A stretch of 57,356 nucleotides of DNA. Source: an uncultured Bacilli bacterium (GTDB lineage: Bacteria; Bacillota_I; Bacilli_A; RF39; UBA660). The stretch spans positions 1 to 57,356 of the forward strand of contig CALVVT010000090.1 in NCBI GenBank assembly GCA_944363935.1. Reading direction: 5' to 3'. The notes under the pieces were generated by a model that saw only the letters and a list, made by a program, of their open reading frames with translations, was not told where the DNA came from and searched no databases. Numbering within the stretch: position 1 is the first letter of the stretch; each line of letters starts with the position of its first letter. Below are positions 27,860-38,326 of this stretch, piece by piece. The position numbers were made by a program, and so were the translations under genes.

Positions 27860-30465
27860 TATTTACCTTCTATTACAGCTTGAGCTGCCGCTAAAATAGC
27901 TGCTGGTACGCGGTAAGGAGAACAAGAAACATAATCAAGACCTATTTTATGACAAAACTTAACACTTTTAGCATCGCCACCATGTTCACCACATATTCCA
28001 AGTTCAATATCAGGGCGAACACTTTTAGCTAAACGGCTAGCAACAATCATAAGTTTGCCGACACCATTTTGATCAATAGTTTTAAATGGATCTTCTGTTA
28101 AAATACCTTTTTCATAATAATCGTTTAAAAAACTAGCGTCGTCTCTTGAAATTCCCAAAGTCATTTGCGTTAAGTCGTTAGTACCAAAACTAAAAAATTC
28201 TGCTTTAGTAGCGATTTCATTTGCAACAATTACACTTCTAGGTACTTCAATCATAGTCCCAACTTTATATGAAATATTATCTTTAACCATTATTTCCTTA
28301 ATAGTTTTATCAATAATATCTTTTAAATAAGTAAATTCATTTAAACTTATAGTTAGTGGTACCATCATTTCTGGTTTAACAGTTATTCCTTTTTTCGCAC
28401 ATTTTAAAGCGGCATTAATAATAGCCTTTGTTTGCATAACAATAATACTAGGATAAGTAACAGCCAAACGGCAACCTCTATGACCCATCATTGGATTTAT
28501 TTCTTTTAATTTATCAATCTTTGTTTGTAAATCAGAAACACTAATTTTTAAATATTTAGATAATTCTTCCATTTCAATATCTGTTTTAGGTAAAAACTCA
28601 TGAAGTGGCGGATCTAAATAACGAATAACAACACTTTTACCATCCATAACGGTAAATAAATCTTCAAAATCTTTTTGTTGAATTGGTAGTAACTCTTTTA
28701 AAGCAATATCCCGTTCTTCATTAGAACCAGCTAAAATCATTTTTCTAATAGCTAATATTTTATCTTTTTCAAAAAACATATGCTCACTTCGGCAAAGGCC
28801 TAATCCTTCAGCCCCAAGTTCTAATGCTTTAAGAGCATCTTTTTTCGTATCAGCATTAGCTTTTACCGCTAGTTTTTTTATTTCTTTGGCCCATGATAAA
28901 AATTCTTTAAAATTATCTGTTAAACTAGCTTCGGCAATTTCTAAAACACCTTCATAAACAGTTCCTGTCATTCCATCTAACGAAATTTCCGTTCCCTCGG
29001 GATACATTTTATCCCCTACTTGCATATATTTTTCTTCTTCACTAACAATTAAATTTTCACAGCCACTAATACAGCACCGACCAATTCCTCTAGCAACAAC
29101 AGCTGCATGACTAGTCATTCCTCCATTAACAGTTAAAATACCAACAGCTTTTTGCATGCCTTCAATATCTTCAGCTGAAGTTTCCTTGCGAACTAATATT
29201 GCAGGAATATTTTCTTCACTAGCTTTTTTCACACTTTGAACATCAAAATATATTTTACCACTGGCTGCTCCGGGTGATGCAGGAAGCCCTTTCGTAATAA
29301 CTGATGCTTTATTTAAACTTTCTTTTTTAAAAGACGAATGAAGTAATGAAGAAATATCGTCTGGACTAACTTTCATTAAAGCTTCTTCTTTAGTTATTAA
29401 TCCTTCTTTTACTTCACTGACAGCAATATTTAAAGCCGCAAGTGAAGTTCGCTTTCCATTTCTTGTTTGTAACATATAAAGTTTGCCTTTTTCAACTGTA
29501 AATTCCATATCCTGCATATCTTTATAATGTTTTTCAAGTAATTTTGAAATATCTTTTAATTCTTGATAAATTTTGGGATAATCTCTTTCCATTGCTTCAA
29601 TTGATTTAGGGGTTCTAACTCCCGCAACAATATCTTCTCCTTGCGCTTTTTCTAAAAACTCCCCATATAATTTATCTTCTCCATTAGCAGGATTCCTAGA
29701 AAAAGCTACTCCAGTTAAAGAATCATTAGTTAAATTGCCATAAACCATTTCTTGAATATTAACGGCTGTTCCTAAAGTTTCACTAATATTATTCATATTT
29801 CTATACACTTTAGCTCTATCGTTATTCCAAGAACGAAATACTGCTGTTACGGCTTCGATAATCTGTACTGTAATATCCTCTGGAAAATCACTTTTAACTA
29901 ATTTTTTATATAACTTTTTAAAATCAATTGTAAGTTCATACATATCTTCAGCTGTTAGTTCTAGATCACTAGTAATTCCTTTAGCTCTTTTTCTATTTAA
30001 TAAAATAGTTTCAAATTCGTCTTTATTAACCCCTTTAACTACATCAGCATACATCATAATAAATCGGCGGTAAGAATCATAAATAAACCGCATATTATCT
30101 TCATTACTAGCAATAGCTTTAGCCACTTTATCATTTAATCCAAGATTTAAAATTGTATCCATCATTCCTGGCATACTAACAGGAGCCCCACTTCGAACTG
30201 ACAATAACAAAGGATTTTCCTCGTCACCTATTTTTTTACCAGTTATTTCTTCCAATTTTTCTAAATTTACTAATATTTCATTCTTAATATCTTCACTCAT
30301 AACCTCATTATCTTTATAATATTTATTACAGGCTTCAGTTGTAACAGTAAAGCCATTAGGTACAGGAAGTCCCATATTAATCATTTCAGCTAAATTAGCG
30401 CCTTTTCCCCCTAATAGACTTCGCATATCTTTATTACCTTCGTTAAATAAATAAACGTATTTCAT
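27859..30465 (-). CDS. ppdK: pyruvate, phosphate dikinase
   Basis: Phosphohistidine motif GGMTSHAAVVARG and C-terminal CGEHGGD; 868 aa. Confidence 0.95.
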   Translation of the reverse strand: MKYVYLFNEGNKDMRSLLGGKGANLAEMINMGLPVPNGFTVTTEACNKYYKDNEVMSEDIKNEILVNLEKLEEITGKKIGDEENPLLLSVRSGAPVSMPGMMDTILNLGLNDKVAKAIASNEDNMRFIYDSYRRFIMMYADVVKGVNKDEFETILLNRKRAKGITSDLELTAEDMYELTIDFKKLYKKLVKSDFPEDITVQIIEAVTAVFRSWNNDRAKVYRNMNNISETLGTAVNIQEMVYGNLTNDSLTGVAFSRNPANGEDKLYGEFLEKAQGEDIVAGVRTPKSIEAMERDYPKIYQELKDISKLLEKHYKDMQDMEFTVEKGKLYMLQTRNGKRTSLAALNIAVSEVKEGLITKEEALMKVSPDDISSLLHSSFKKESLNKASVITKGLPASPGAASGKIYFDVQSVKKASEENIPAILVRKETSAEDIEGMQKAVGILTVNGGMTSHAAVVARGIGRCCISGCENLIVSEEEKYMQVGDKMYPEGTEISLDGMTGTVYEGVLEIAEASLTDNFKEFLSWAKEIKKLAVKANADTKKDALKALELGAEGLGLCRSEHMFFEKDKILAIRKMILAGSNEERDIALKELLPIQQKDFEDLFTVMDGKSVVIRYLDPPLHEFLPKTDIEMEELSKYLKISVSDLQTKIDKLKEINPMMGHRGCRLAVTYPSIIVMQTKAIINAALKCAKKGITVKPEMMVPLTISLNEFTYLKDIIDKTIKEIMVKDNISYKVGTMIEVPRSVIVANEIATKAEFFSFGTNDLTQMTLGISRDDASFLNDYYEKGILTEDPFKTIDQNGVGKLMIVASRLAKSVRPDIELGICGEHGGDAKSVKFCHKIGLDYVSCSPYRVPAAILAAAQAVIEGK

Positions 30466-30543
30466 ATTGGCCTCCTTTTTTATTCTTATTAATTATAACA
30501 TTTATCAAATAAAAAGTAAAATAATCACTGCTAAAAAAGCTAA

Positions 30544-31398
30544 TTATTTTTTAGCTCTTGGATGGGAATTTAAATATACTTTACGTAGTCTATCATTAGA
30601 AACATGCGTATAAATTCCCGTAGTTGATAAATTTTCATGACCTAAAAGATCGCCAACACTTTTTAAATCGGCTCCATCGTTTAACAAATGAGTAGCATAA
30701 GTATGTCTTAAAGTATGTGGCGTTACTTTAACATTTAAATGAGCCTTTAAAGCCATATCACTAACTATACTTCTTACCATTCTTTCATTTATTTTATCAC
30801 CATGTTTATTGGTAAATAAATAAATACTATCATGTTTATCTAAATACTTATTTAATAGTTTTTCACAATTACTTCCGTAAAAAACAATTCGCTCTTTTCG
30901 GCCTTTACCAAAAACTAAAATAGTTCTTTCGCTTTTATTAATATCACTTACTTTAATATTAACAAGTTCGCCAACTCGAACACCTGTAGAGTATAGCATT
31001 TCTAATATTAAAGCAGCCATTAAGCCATCTTTAGTATTAATATCAGGCGTTTGTAATAATTTTTCAGTATCTTCGTAATTTAAATAATTAGGAAGTTTTT
31101 TTTCTTTTTTAGGATTACTAATTAAAGTCATAGGATTAGTTTTAATAATATTTTCAGTTTCTAAAAAATTATAAAAACTTTTTAAAGTACTTATATGTCT
31201 AGAAATAGTCGCTGCTTTATATTTTTTATCATACATCCTCCGAATATAATTTCTAATATCTTTAACAGTAATATCTTTTATATTTTTATCTTTAAAAAAA
31301 GCTACAAAAGATTCTAAATCTTCTTTATAGCTTTCATAAGTATAATTAGAAAAACCTCTTAATTTTATATATTCTAAAAACTTATTTATTTCTATCAT
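30544..31398 (-). CDS. tyrosine recombinase XerC/XerD family
   Basis: Catalytic signature R...HTLRHTYATHLL...GH...T.IYTH. Core-binding N-terminal domain. Confidence 0.85.
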   Translation of the reverse strand: MIEINKFLEYIKLRGFSNYTYESYKEDLESFVAFFKDKNIKDITVKDIRNYIRRMYDKKYKAATISRHISTLKSFYNFLETENIIKTNPMTLISNPKKEKKLPNYLNYEDTEKLLQTPDINTKDGLMAALILEMLYSTGVRVGELVNIKVSDINKSERTILVFGKGRKERIVFYGSNCEKLLNKYLDKHDSIYLFTNKHGDKINERMVRSIVSDMALKAHLNVKVTPHTLRHTYATHLLNDGADLKSVGDLLGHENLSTTGIYTHVSNDRLRKVYLNSHPRAKK

Positions 31399-32156
31399 TA
31401 GAAAAGCCTCATTTGTCTAGGATTTTCATTTTTCTTCGGATTATCAATCATTCTTAAATCAGCAAGTAATTCCTCTCTTTTGTTATAAAGACTATTAAGC
31501 TTTTGAACATAAGCTCTTATTAATACTTGATTGTCTGGAATATTTCCTTCAAGTCTTTCTATTTCAGCTTCGATATTCTCTAAAATGGCAGCATCACTTT
31601 TAATAATTTTATCTTCTTCAAATTCAATTTTACTTGGGTGAACATTAGTATTTCCAGCTAATAAAAGTACTGCTTTTCTAAATCTTCGGTAATCCCTTAA
31701 AGTGTTTATTAAATAACGGTAATCTCCTGTTTTTAAAGCTTCTAAAACTGTATAATCACCATATTTATCAAAAGTTTGTTTAACTTTAATATCACTATAA
31801 TAATTATCTCTAACTCTGTTAGAAAATAAATTTAAAATAAACATTTCCGCCTTGTCGAGTCCCATTTCTCTTTTACCCTCGAATTTTGGAGCCATAGTTT
31901 TTATATCAAGACTATCACCAAAGACTGGTTCTAAAGATTTTTGACCATTTTTATGATATAAAATAAAAGCATCTTCGATATCTCTTTTTAATTCATAGCT
32001 TCGGCCTTCTAAAAAACACTGTTTATTTAAGCTTTGCGTTGTATAAGTATCAATAGTTGGTAAAGTATGAAAATATTCGTCATTTATTTTTAATCGGTAA
32101 TAATTTTCTTCACTATCTTTAAGAATTAACGAATAAAGTTTACGTACTTGGGTCAT
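31398..32156 (-). CDS. hypothetical protein (252 aa), translationally coupled to the Xer-like gene
   Basis: Its stop TAA overlaps the recombinase ATG (TAATG at 31396-31400). RBS AGGAGGGG. C-terminal coiled-coil-like segment; no family recognised. Confidence 0.5.
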   Translation of the reverse strand: MTQVRKLYSLILKDSEENYYRLKINDEYFHTLPTIDTYTTQSLNKQCFLEGRSYELKRDIEDAFILYHKNGQKSLEPVFGDSLDIKTMAPKFEGKREMGLDKAEMFILNLFSNRVRDNYYSDIKVKQTFDKYGDYTVLEALKTGDYRYLINTLRDYRRFRKAVLLLAGNTNVHPSKIEFEEDKIIKSDAAILENIEAEIERLEGNIPDNQVLIRAYVQKLNSLYNKREELLADLRMIDNPKKNENPRQMRLF

Positions 32157-32205
32157 AATATCCCCTCCTAGTTATATTATACCTTATTTTAGAAAAAATA
32201 CAAAA

Positions 32206-32994
32206 TTAAAGTAATTTATGTATTTTTCTTATTTTTTTAGCTACTTTATTAATATATTTTTCTTTGCCTTTTAATTCATTTTTTTGCGTTAAAACAATTA
32301 AAATATAAGGTATTTTATCATATACAATTCCAACTTCATGGAAGGCAATCCCAAAACTACCATATTTTCTAACAAATAAATTATTATCAATATTTTTATC
32401 TTTAATAATTTTATAAGAAGGATTTAACATATAATTTTTTAATTCTTCACTTAAAACTGTATTATTATTAAAATAATTATATAAATGATTTAAATATATA
32501 AGCATATCACTGACATTTATTATACCAAATAAATCTTTACCTTCTAATGTATGCTTGGCTCCAATGTTTAAACCATAATCTATTAATTTCTCTTTAGTTA
32601 CAAAATTAACTAATTTTATATAAGCTGTATTATCACTTTCTTTTAATGTATAATAAACAAGCTCTCTTACTGTATAACTAGTTTTATCTGGTGTGTTTTT
32701 TAAAACTCCGCTCCCATTTTTAAAATCTTCAGAAACTAAAAATAATTTTGTATCTAATAAAGATTTATCCTTTTCTGCCATCTCATAAATATATAAGCAT
32801 ACTAAAAATTTAATTGTACTTGCACTATAAAAACAAATATCTAAATTAAAAGAAAACATATCACCAGTTTTTAAATTCTTATATCCATAAGCTACTTTTT
32901 CATTTTGTTTTAACAAAAATTTATTTAAATAATATATCTTCTTTTTTATTATTTTGTTTTTAATATTATTCATGTTTGATATATCAAACTTCAT
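32206..32994 (-). CDS. class A beta-lactamase-fold serine hydrolase
   Basis: STIK (SxxK) and SDN motifs at the appropriate spacing. Confidence 0.6.
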   Translation of the reverse strand: MKFDISNMNNIKNKIIKKKIYYLNKFLLKQNEKVAYGYKNLKTGDMFSFNLDICFYSASTIKFLVCLYIYEMAEKDKSLLDTKLFLVSEDFKNGSGVLKNTPDKTSYTVRELVYYTLKESDNTAYIKLVNFVTKEKLIDYGLNIGAKHTLEGKDLFGIINVSDMLIYLNHLYNYFNNNTVLSEELKNYMLNPSYKIIKDKNIDNNLFVRKYGSFGIAFHEVGIVYDKIPYILIVLTQKNELKGKEKYINKVAKKIRKIHKLL

Positions 32995-33023
32995 TAATCA
33001 CCACCGCCTTAAGAAAAAAGTAA

Positions 33024-35054
33024 CTACTTTTTATAATCGCAGCTACTACATTTAATTTTATCATTTTTACAAGTTAACATACTACCACATTCTGGACATT
33101 TTTCGCCAGTTGGTTTATCCCAGTAAGCAGTTTTACACTTTGGATAATTGTTACAACCATAAAATACTTTACCTTTTCTACTTCTTTTTTCAACAATTTT
33201 ACCTTCTTCACAGTTTGGACAATCACAAATAATGTTTTCTTCTTTTGGTTCTTGTTTAATGTATTTACACTTTGGAAAATTACTACAAGCCGTAAACTCT
33301 CCATATCTTCCTTTACGAATAACTAAAGGATGCCCACATTCTGGACACATTTCGCCTGTTTCTTTGACTTCTTTTTTCGGAAGTTTTTCTAAAGCATCTT
33401 CAACTGCTGGTTCAAAATCCTTATAAAAATCTTCTAAAACTTCATACCAAACTTCCTTACCATCAGCTACTAAATCAAGTTCATTTTCCATATTAGCGGT
33501 ATATTCAACATTAATTAAATTAGAAAAACATTCTTGAAGCCGATCTGTTACTTCAATTCCAACTTCAGTTGGCACAAACTTTTTCTTATCTAAAACAACA
33601 TAACCACGTTTTTTAATATTACTAACGATAGTTGCATATGTACTAGGGCGACCTATTCCTGAAACTTTTAAAGCTTTAATTAAAGATGCTTCGGTATATC
33701 TTGCTGGCGGTTCGGTAAAATGTTGTTCTTTAACAATATCGTTTGAAACAATAATTTTAGATTTATAAGTATCAAAAGGTGGCAAAATACTATCTTTAGT
33801 ACTTTCATAATCTTTATAAACTTTTAAATAACCATCAAAAACAATAATCTGTCCAGTCGCTTTAAACTGATAATCATTATTGTTTAAAATAACGGTTGTC
33901 CCTTCTATTTTAGCTGGAGCCATTAGACTCGCTAAAGCCCGGTAATAAATAAGTCTATAAAGTTTAAACTCGTCATTAGATAAATATGGTTTAACACTTT
34001 CTGGAGTTCTTTTAATACTAGTTGGTCTTATTGCTTCATGAGCATCTTGAACATTATCTTTATTTTTACTTACTTTAACCGTTCCTGTATATTCTTTACC
34101 ATATTTGCCTTCGATAAAATTATAAGTTTCTTTAACAAAATCATTTGAAAGTCTAATCGAATCTGTACGCATATAAGTAATTAATCCAACTGTTTCATTT
34201 TCTAAATCAATACCTTCATATAATTTTTGAGCCGTCATCATCGTTTTAGAAGCCGACATATTAAGTTTATTTGAAGCATCTTGCTGAAGTGAACTAGTAA
34301 TATAAGGGGCTTTAGAAGCTTTGTTTTTTAATTTTTTATCGATTGATTCTAATTCAAAAGCTTTAGATAATTTCTCTAAAATTTCATTAGCTTCACATTC
34401 GTTTTTTATCTTTATATCTTTATGTTTATACTGAAATAAATCAGCTTTAAAATCATTAAAATCAGCAGTTATTGTCCAATATTCTTCTTTATTAAAAGCA
34501 TTTATTTCTCGCTCTCTGTCGACAATTAACTTTAAAGCTACACTTTGAACTCGTCCCGCACTACTACCAGCAGTTTTAGATTTAATTAATTTACTTAATC
34601 TAAAACCAATAATTCTATCTAATATTCTTCTAGTTTCTTGACTATTAACTAAATTTTTATCAATTTTTCTTTCATGTTTAAACGCTTCCTTTATAACGCT
34701 AGGCGTTATTTCGTTAAACGTTACCCGGCTATACTTATCGTCAGAAAGGCCTAAAGCATCATATAAATGCCAACTAATAGCTTCTCCTTCTCTATCGGGG
34801 TCGGTAGCTAATATTACTTTATCAGCTTTCTCCGCTTCTTTTTTTAATTCAGTAATTACACTTTTTTTACCTTTAATTGTTTTATAATCTGGTTTAAAAT
34901 GATTATCAACATCAACACCTAAACCAAACTTACCTTTTGTTGATAAATCTCTAATATGCCCTTTAGAAGACGAAACAATATATTCATTACCTAAATAATT
35001 GCCAATTGATTTCATTTTTGTTGGTGATTCGACAATAACTAATTTTTTAGCCAT
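33024..35054 (-). CDS. topA: DNA topoisomerase I
   Basis: Toprim DPDREGEAISWH, active-site region RYTEASLI, and C-terminal CxxC zinc-ribbon repeats. Confidence 0.95.
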   Translation of the reverse strand: MAKKLVIVESPTKMKSIGNYLGNEYIVSSSKGHIRDLSTKGKFGLGVDVDNHFKPDYKTIKGKKSVITELKKEAEKADKVILATDPDREGEAISWHLYDALGLSDDKYSRVTFNEITPSVIKEAFKHERKIDKNLVNSQETRRILDRIIGFRLSKLIKSKTAGSSAGRVQSVALKLIVDREREINAFNKEEYWTITADFNDFKADLFQYKHKDIKIKNECEANEILEKLSKAFELESIDKKLKNKASKAPYITSSLQQDASNKLNMSASKTMMTAQKLYEGIDLENETVGLITYMRTDSIRLSNDFVKETYNFIEGKYGKEYTGTVKVSKNKDNVQDAHEAIRPTSIKRTPESVKPYLSNDEFKLYRLIYYRALASLMAPAKIEGTTVILNNNDYQFKATGQIIVFDGYLKVYKDYESTKDSILPPFDTYKSKIIVSNDIVKEQHFTEPPARYTEASLIKALKVSGIGRPSTYATIVSNIKKRGYVVLDKKKFVPTEVGIEVTDRLQECFSNLINVEYTANMENELDLVADGKEVWYEVLEDFYKDFEPAVEDALEKLPKKEVKETGEMCPECGHPLVIRKGRYGEFTACSNFPKCKYIKQEPKEENIICDCPNCEEGKIVEKRSRKGKVFYGCNNYPKCKTAYWDKPTGEKCPECGSMLTCKNDKIKCSSCDYKK

Positions 35055-35123
35055 ACATATTCTCCTCTCTTTTCACATTAATATATTTTATACACCTTTC
35101 TATTATTCTTGTCAATTATTTCT

Positions 35124-35990
35124 TTATAATTTTTTAAATAACAACATAGTAGCATTATCTTTACCAGGAGTCGTAAAATTATTTATCATATGCATTCGGC
35201 CTTCAAACCTTGTAAGAGCTTCTTTAGAAATGGCTTCTGGGTTAGAATCAACTGCTTCATGAATTATTTTAAGTAAAACTTCGTCTGGTAAATTTTTATC
35301 ATATATAAATTTTATTTTACTATCAGATACTATATCCGTAATTCCATCAGTAAATAGTAGTAAGGCTTCATAATCGTTATTATCTAAAACTGTTACATCG
35401 GGTCTAAAATCTTCTTCACTAGTTCCGATACTTCGGCTAATATAACTATTACCTTTCATAAACCTGATATCGTCTTTTAAAATACTATCAGGATCATTAT
35501 ATTTAAACCACATTAAATGGTCAAAAGTAACTTGTTTTAACTCACCATGACTAACAATATAACCACGAGAATCTCCAGAATTAGCGATTAAAGTTTCCTT
35601 TTCTCCGACAATCGCACAAACTAATGTTGTAGCGCCATTACCATGATATTTATCAAGTAATTCTTTATTAATTTCCCGCATCTTTCCCCAAAAAACTGAT
35701 TTTAAAGTAGGCATTGTATTAATATAGGAAATTGGTAAAGTTTGAAACCATTTTTTTAATTCTTCCGTTAAATAAAGAGCTGCAGTTGCTCCATATTCAG
35801 TATCACTAGTTCCATCAGCAACTATTAATAATCTTAAATTTTCATTTTCTAAATGATTTATAATTGCTACACTATCGTCATTTTTTTTATGATAAGCTTC
35901 ATTTCCGACATGTGATATATATCCTAAAAAATTATCGTTAATCATATGAGTAATCATTATTTGATTCGAATTTTTATTTAATTTATACAT
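35124..35990 (-). CDS. PP2C-family protein phosphatase
   Basis: ADGTSD, NSGDSRGY and FTDGITD metal-binding motifs. Confidence 0.7.
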   Translation of the reverse strand: MYKLNKNSNQIMITHMINDNFLGYISHVGNEAYHKKNDDSVAIINHLENENLRLLIVADGTSDTEYGATAALYLTEELKKWFQTLPISYINTMPTLKSVFWGKMREINKELLDKYHGNGATTLVCAIVGEKETLIANSGDSRGYIVSHGELKQVTFDHLMWFKYNDPDSILKDDIRFMKGNSYISRSIGTSEEDFRPDVTVLDNNDYEALLLFTDGITDIVSDSKIKFIYDKNLPDEVLLKIIHEAVDSNPEAISKEALTRFEGRMHMINNFTTPGKDNATMLLFKKL

Positions 35991-36097
35991 ATTATTCTCC
36001 CTTCGCTAATATAATACAATATTTAGAAATAAAAGTAAAATTATTTACAAACTATTTAAAAACGTGCTAAAATACTAGTTGTTTGAGGAGAAATATT

Positions 36098-37102
36098 ATG
36101 ACAGAATTAAATAAAATTATTTTAAGTAAATTATTAGATGGGGAAAGCGTTAATGAAATTGCCAAAAGTTTAAATAAAACACCAATCCAAGTTCATAAAC
36201 AAATAAAATGTATTCTAAACTCTGGTTATACTTTTACTAGTGAAATAAAAGATGATGGCAATGTTATATACAGGCCAGAATATTCCTTAAGAATTCCCGA
36301 AACAAATACTGCTTATCTAAAGTTAGAAAACGGTCATTTTAAAGCAATACTTATTTCTGATTTACATTTAGGTAATGTTAATCAAAATATAAGATATTTA
36401 AATGAAATATACGAATACTGCATTAAAGAAGGCATTCATATTATTATTAATGCTGGTGATGTTATTGATGGAACGTTTAGTAAAAGCAAGCAAAAAATAA
36501 GTACTCCTGAAGAACAAATAGCCTATGCAATTAAAAATTATCCATTCGATAAAAACATTATAAGTTTAATTTGCTATGGTAATCACGATTATAGTGCTTT
36601 AGAAAATTTTGGTATAAACGTTAATCAAATGATTAATAATGCTAGACCAGATCTTATTGGTCTTGGCTTTGGAATAAGTATTGTCAACCTGGAAAGTGAC
36701 CAATTTTTTATTAAACATCCGGTTAATAATATTGGTTTAAAAACAATTGACAAAAAACTTATTATTTGTGGTCATAAACATAAAGCGGCCCTATTTAATC
36801 AAAAAGATACTTTTATAGTCAATGTGCCCCCTTTAAGCGACTTATGCTTTGATAATAAACAAAAATATCCTGGAGCTTATAAGATGGAACTTATTTTAAA
36901 TAAAGGTGTTATTAAAGCTGGTTATTTTGAACAACTAATATTTAATAAAGGTCTTAAAACAGTTTGTGAAAGTGAATTTACTTTTGATTTTAACCGCGAA
37001 TTATTAACTGAAAGTGATATTTTTAATAAACCTAAAGTAAAATCTTTACAAAATAGACAAATGACGCAAATAGATAAATTTAATGAACGGTATCACCGTT
37101 AA
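36098..37102 (+). CDS. metallophosphoesterase with N-terminal HTH-like domain
   Basis: DLHLGN, GDVIDG, GNHD and GHKH motifs. The N-terminal ~50 aa (LLDGESVNEIAKSLNKT) look like a LuxR/sigma-70 region 4 HTH. ATG at 36098 behind GAGGAG. Confidence 0.7.
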   Translation: MTELNKIILSKLLDGESVNEIAKSLNKTPIQVHKQIKCILNSGYTFTSEIKDDGNVIYRPEYSLRIPETNTAYLKLENGHFKAILISDLHLGNVNQNIRYLNEIYEYCIKEGIHIIINAGDVIDGTFSKSKQKISTPEEQIAYAIKNYPFDKNIISLICYGNHDYSALENFGINVNQMINNARPDLIGLGFGISIVNLESDQFFIKHPVNNIGLKTIDKKLIICGHKHKAALFNQKDTFIVNVPPLSDLCFDNKQKYPGAYKMELILNKGVIKAGYFEQLIFNKGLKTVCESEFTFDFNRELLTESDIFNKPKVKSLQNRQMTQIDKFNERYHR

Positions 37103-37114
37103 TTTTTAGGAAAA

Positions 37115-37148
37115 AAATACGTTAGAGATTAACTTTTCTAACGTATTT
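37115..37148. terminator. bidirectional terminator
   Basis: 12-bp stem AAATACGTTAGA / TCTAACGTATTT with flanking A/T runs. Confidence 0.75.
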
Positions 37149-37166
37149 TAATATTATTTAATAATC

Positions 37167-37732
37167 TTAATCAATTTTATTAAAATTGTTTTTCGGATAA
37201 ATAAGTTGAACCTCTGTCCCTTCTTTATATTTTGAATTTACCTTTATTTCTAAACCTAATTTACTACAAATCTTTTTAGCCAGATATAGACCAATACCTG
37301 TAGATTTCGCTTTAGTTCTATCACTTCCAGTAAAGCCTTTTTCAAAAATTCGGACTAAATCACTTTCGGTAATTCCCCGTCCATTATCTTTTATAGATAA
37401 AACTACATTACTTTTATTTTCAATAGCATCTATCACAATCTTCTTATCTTTTTTATCCATATATTTAATTGAATTTTGAATAATCTGTGAAATAATAAAT
37501 ACAAGCCACTTTTCATCAGTATAAACATCCTTCTCTAAATTATTAACTTGGACAAATATTTTTTCGTCTAATAAATATACTCTATATTTTAATAAAACTT
37601 TATGAACAATATCTGATAAATTTAACTTTTTAATAAAATAATCTTTTTCAGGATTTTCACTTCTCGCATAATACTTTTTCTTTTCTTCTTTTTTATCAAT
37701 TTTACCTAACTCTTTTTTTAACTTTTTATCTG
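37167..37732 (-). pseudogene. 5'-truncated BceS-like sensor histidine kinase remnant
   Basis: The frame is open from the TGA at 37733-37735. It reads ...YYARSENPEKDYF..DVYTDEKWLVFIISQIIQNSIKY..DNGRGI..FEKGFTG..STGIGLYL (N, G1, F and G2 boxes). TM segments and the H-box are missing, and no response regulator is adjacent. Confidence 0.7.
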
Positions 37733-37797
37733 TTAATCATTAGTTAAAATGATTAACACACTTTTTGAATATACTCTATTCATACTTAATAAAACTA

Positions 37798-38247
37798 CTA
37801 CTTATTATCTTTCCACTCATGATAAAGTATGTCTTTTAAAACTATCATACTATCTAATGAATTAAATCCATATTCTTTCTCTAAACTATTAAGTAACCTT
37901 CTTATCTCCTTCGCATACCTCATTATATCAACCTTATCTTGATATTTAATAAGTATAGGATATTTCTTCCCCCAAGCATTTGTCCAATTAACTTTAGCTT
38001 CCTTTTCTTCATTTGTCTTTTTTATTACTTCTTCAATTTCTTTGACATCAACATCAAATTCAGTTAACTCGTCTAAAGATAAATTATATAATTTAGCCAG
38101 TTTTTTAGCTTGATAAATATCAGGTACTGTTTCACTAGTTTCCCATTTTGAAACAGTCTGCCTACTTACGCCCAACCTTTCAGCCACCGTCTCCTGTGAT
38201 AGTCCGGCTTTTTTTCTTGCTTGAAATAAATTATTTCCTAAATTCAT
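37798..38247 (-). CDS. XRE-family transcriptional regulator with C-terminal extension
   Basis: LSQETVAERLGVSRQTVSKWE is a canonical HTH_XRE. Confidence 0.85.
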   Translation of the reverse strand: MNLGNNLFQARKKAGLSQETVAERLGVSRQTVSKWETSETVPDIYQAKKLAKLYNLSLDELTEFDVDVKEIEEVIKKTNEEKEAKVNWTNAWGKKYPILIKYQDKVDIMRYAKEIRRLLNSLEKEYGFNSLDSMIVLKDILYHEWKDNK

Positions 38248-38326
38248 TTTTTACACCTCCAAATTAAGTGTATCATTTAACTATCCTTTTTTCTAGCAAG
38301 CAAATTTTACAATTTTGCCCTTTTTA

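Noticed and set aside
30544-31398. Tyrosine recombinase as the integrase of a mobile element
   Set aside because: It has an XerC/D-type sequence and lies in a housekeeping neighbourhood near topA (as in Bacillus codV). No flanking repeats, phage or conjugation genes were seen. I treat it as a chromosomal Xer, with moderate certainty only.
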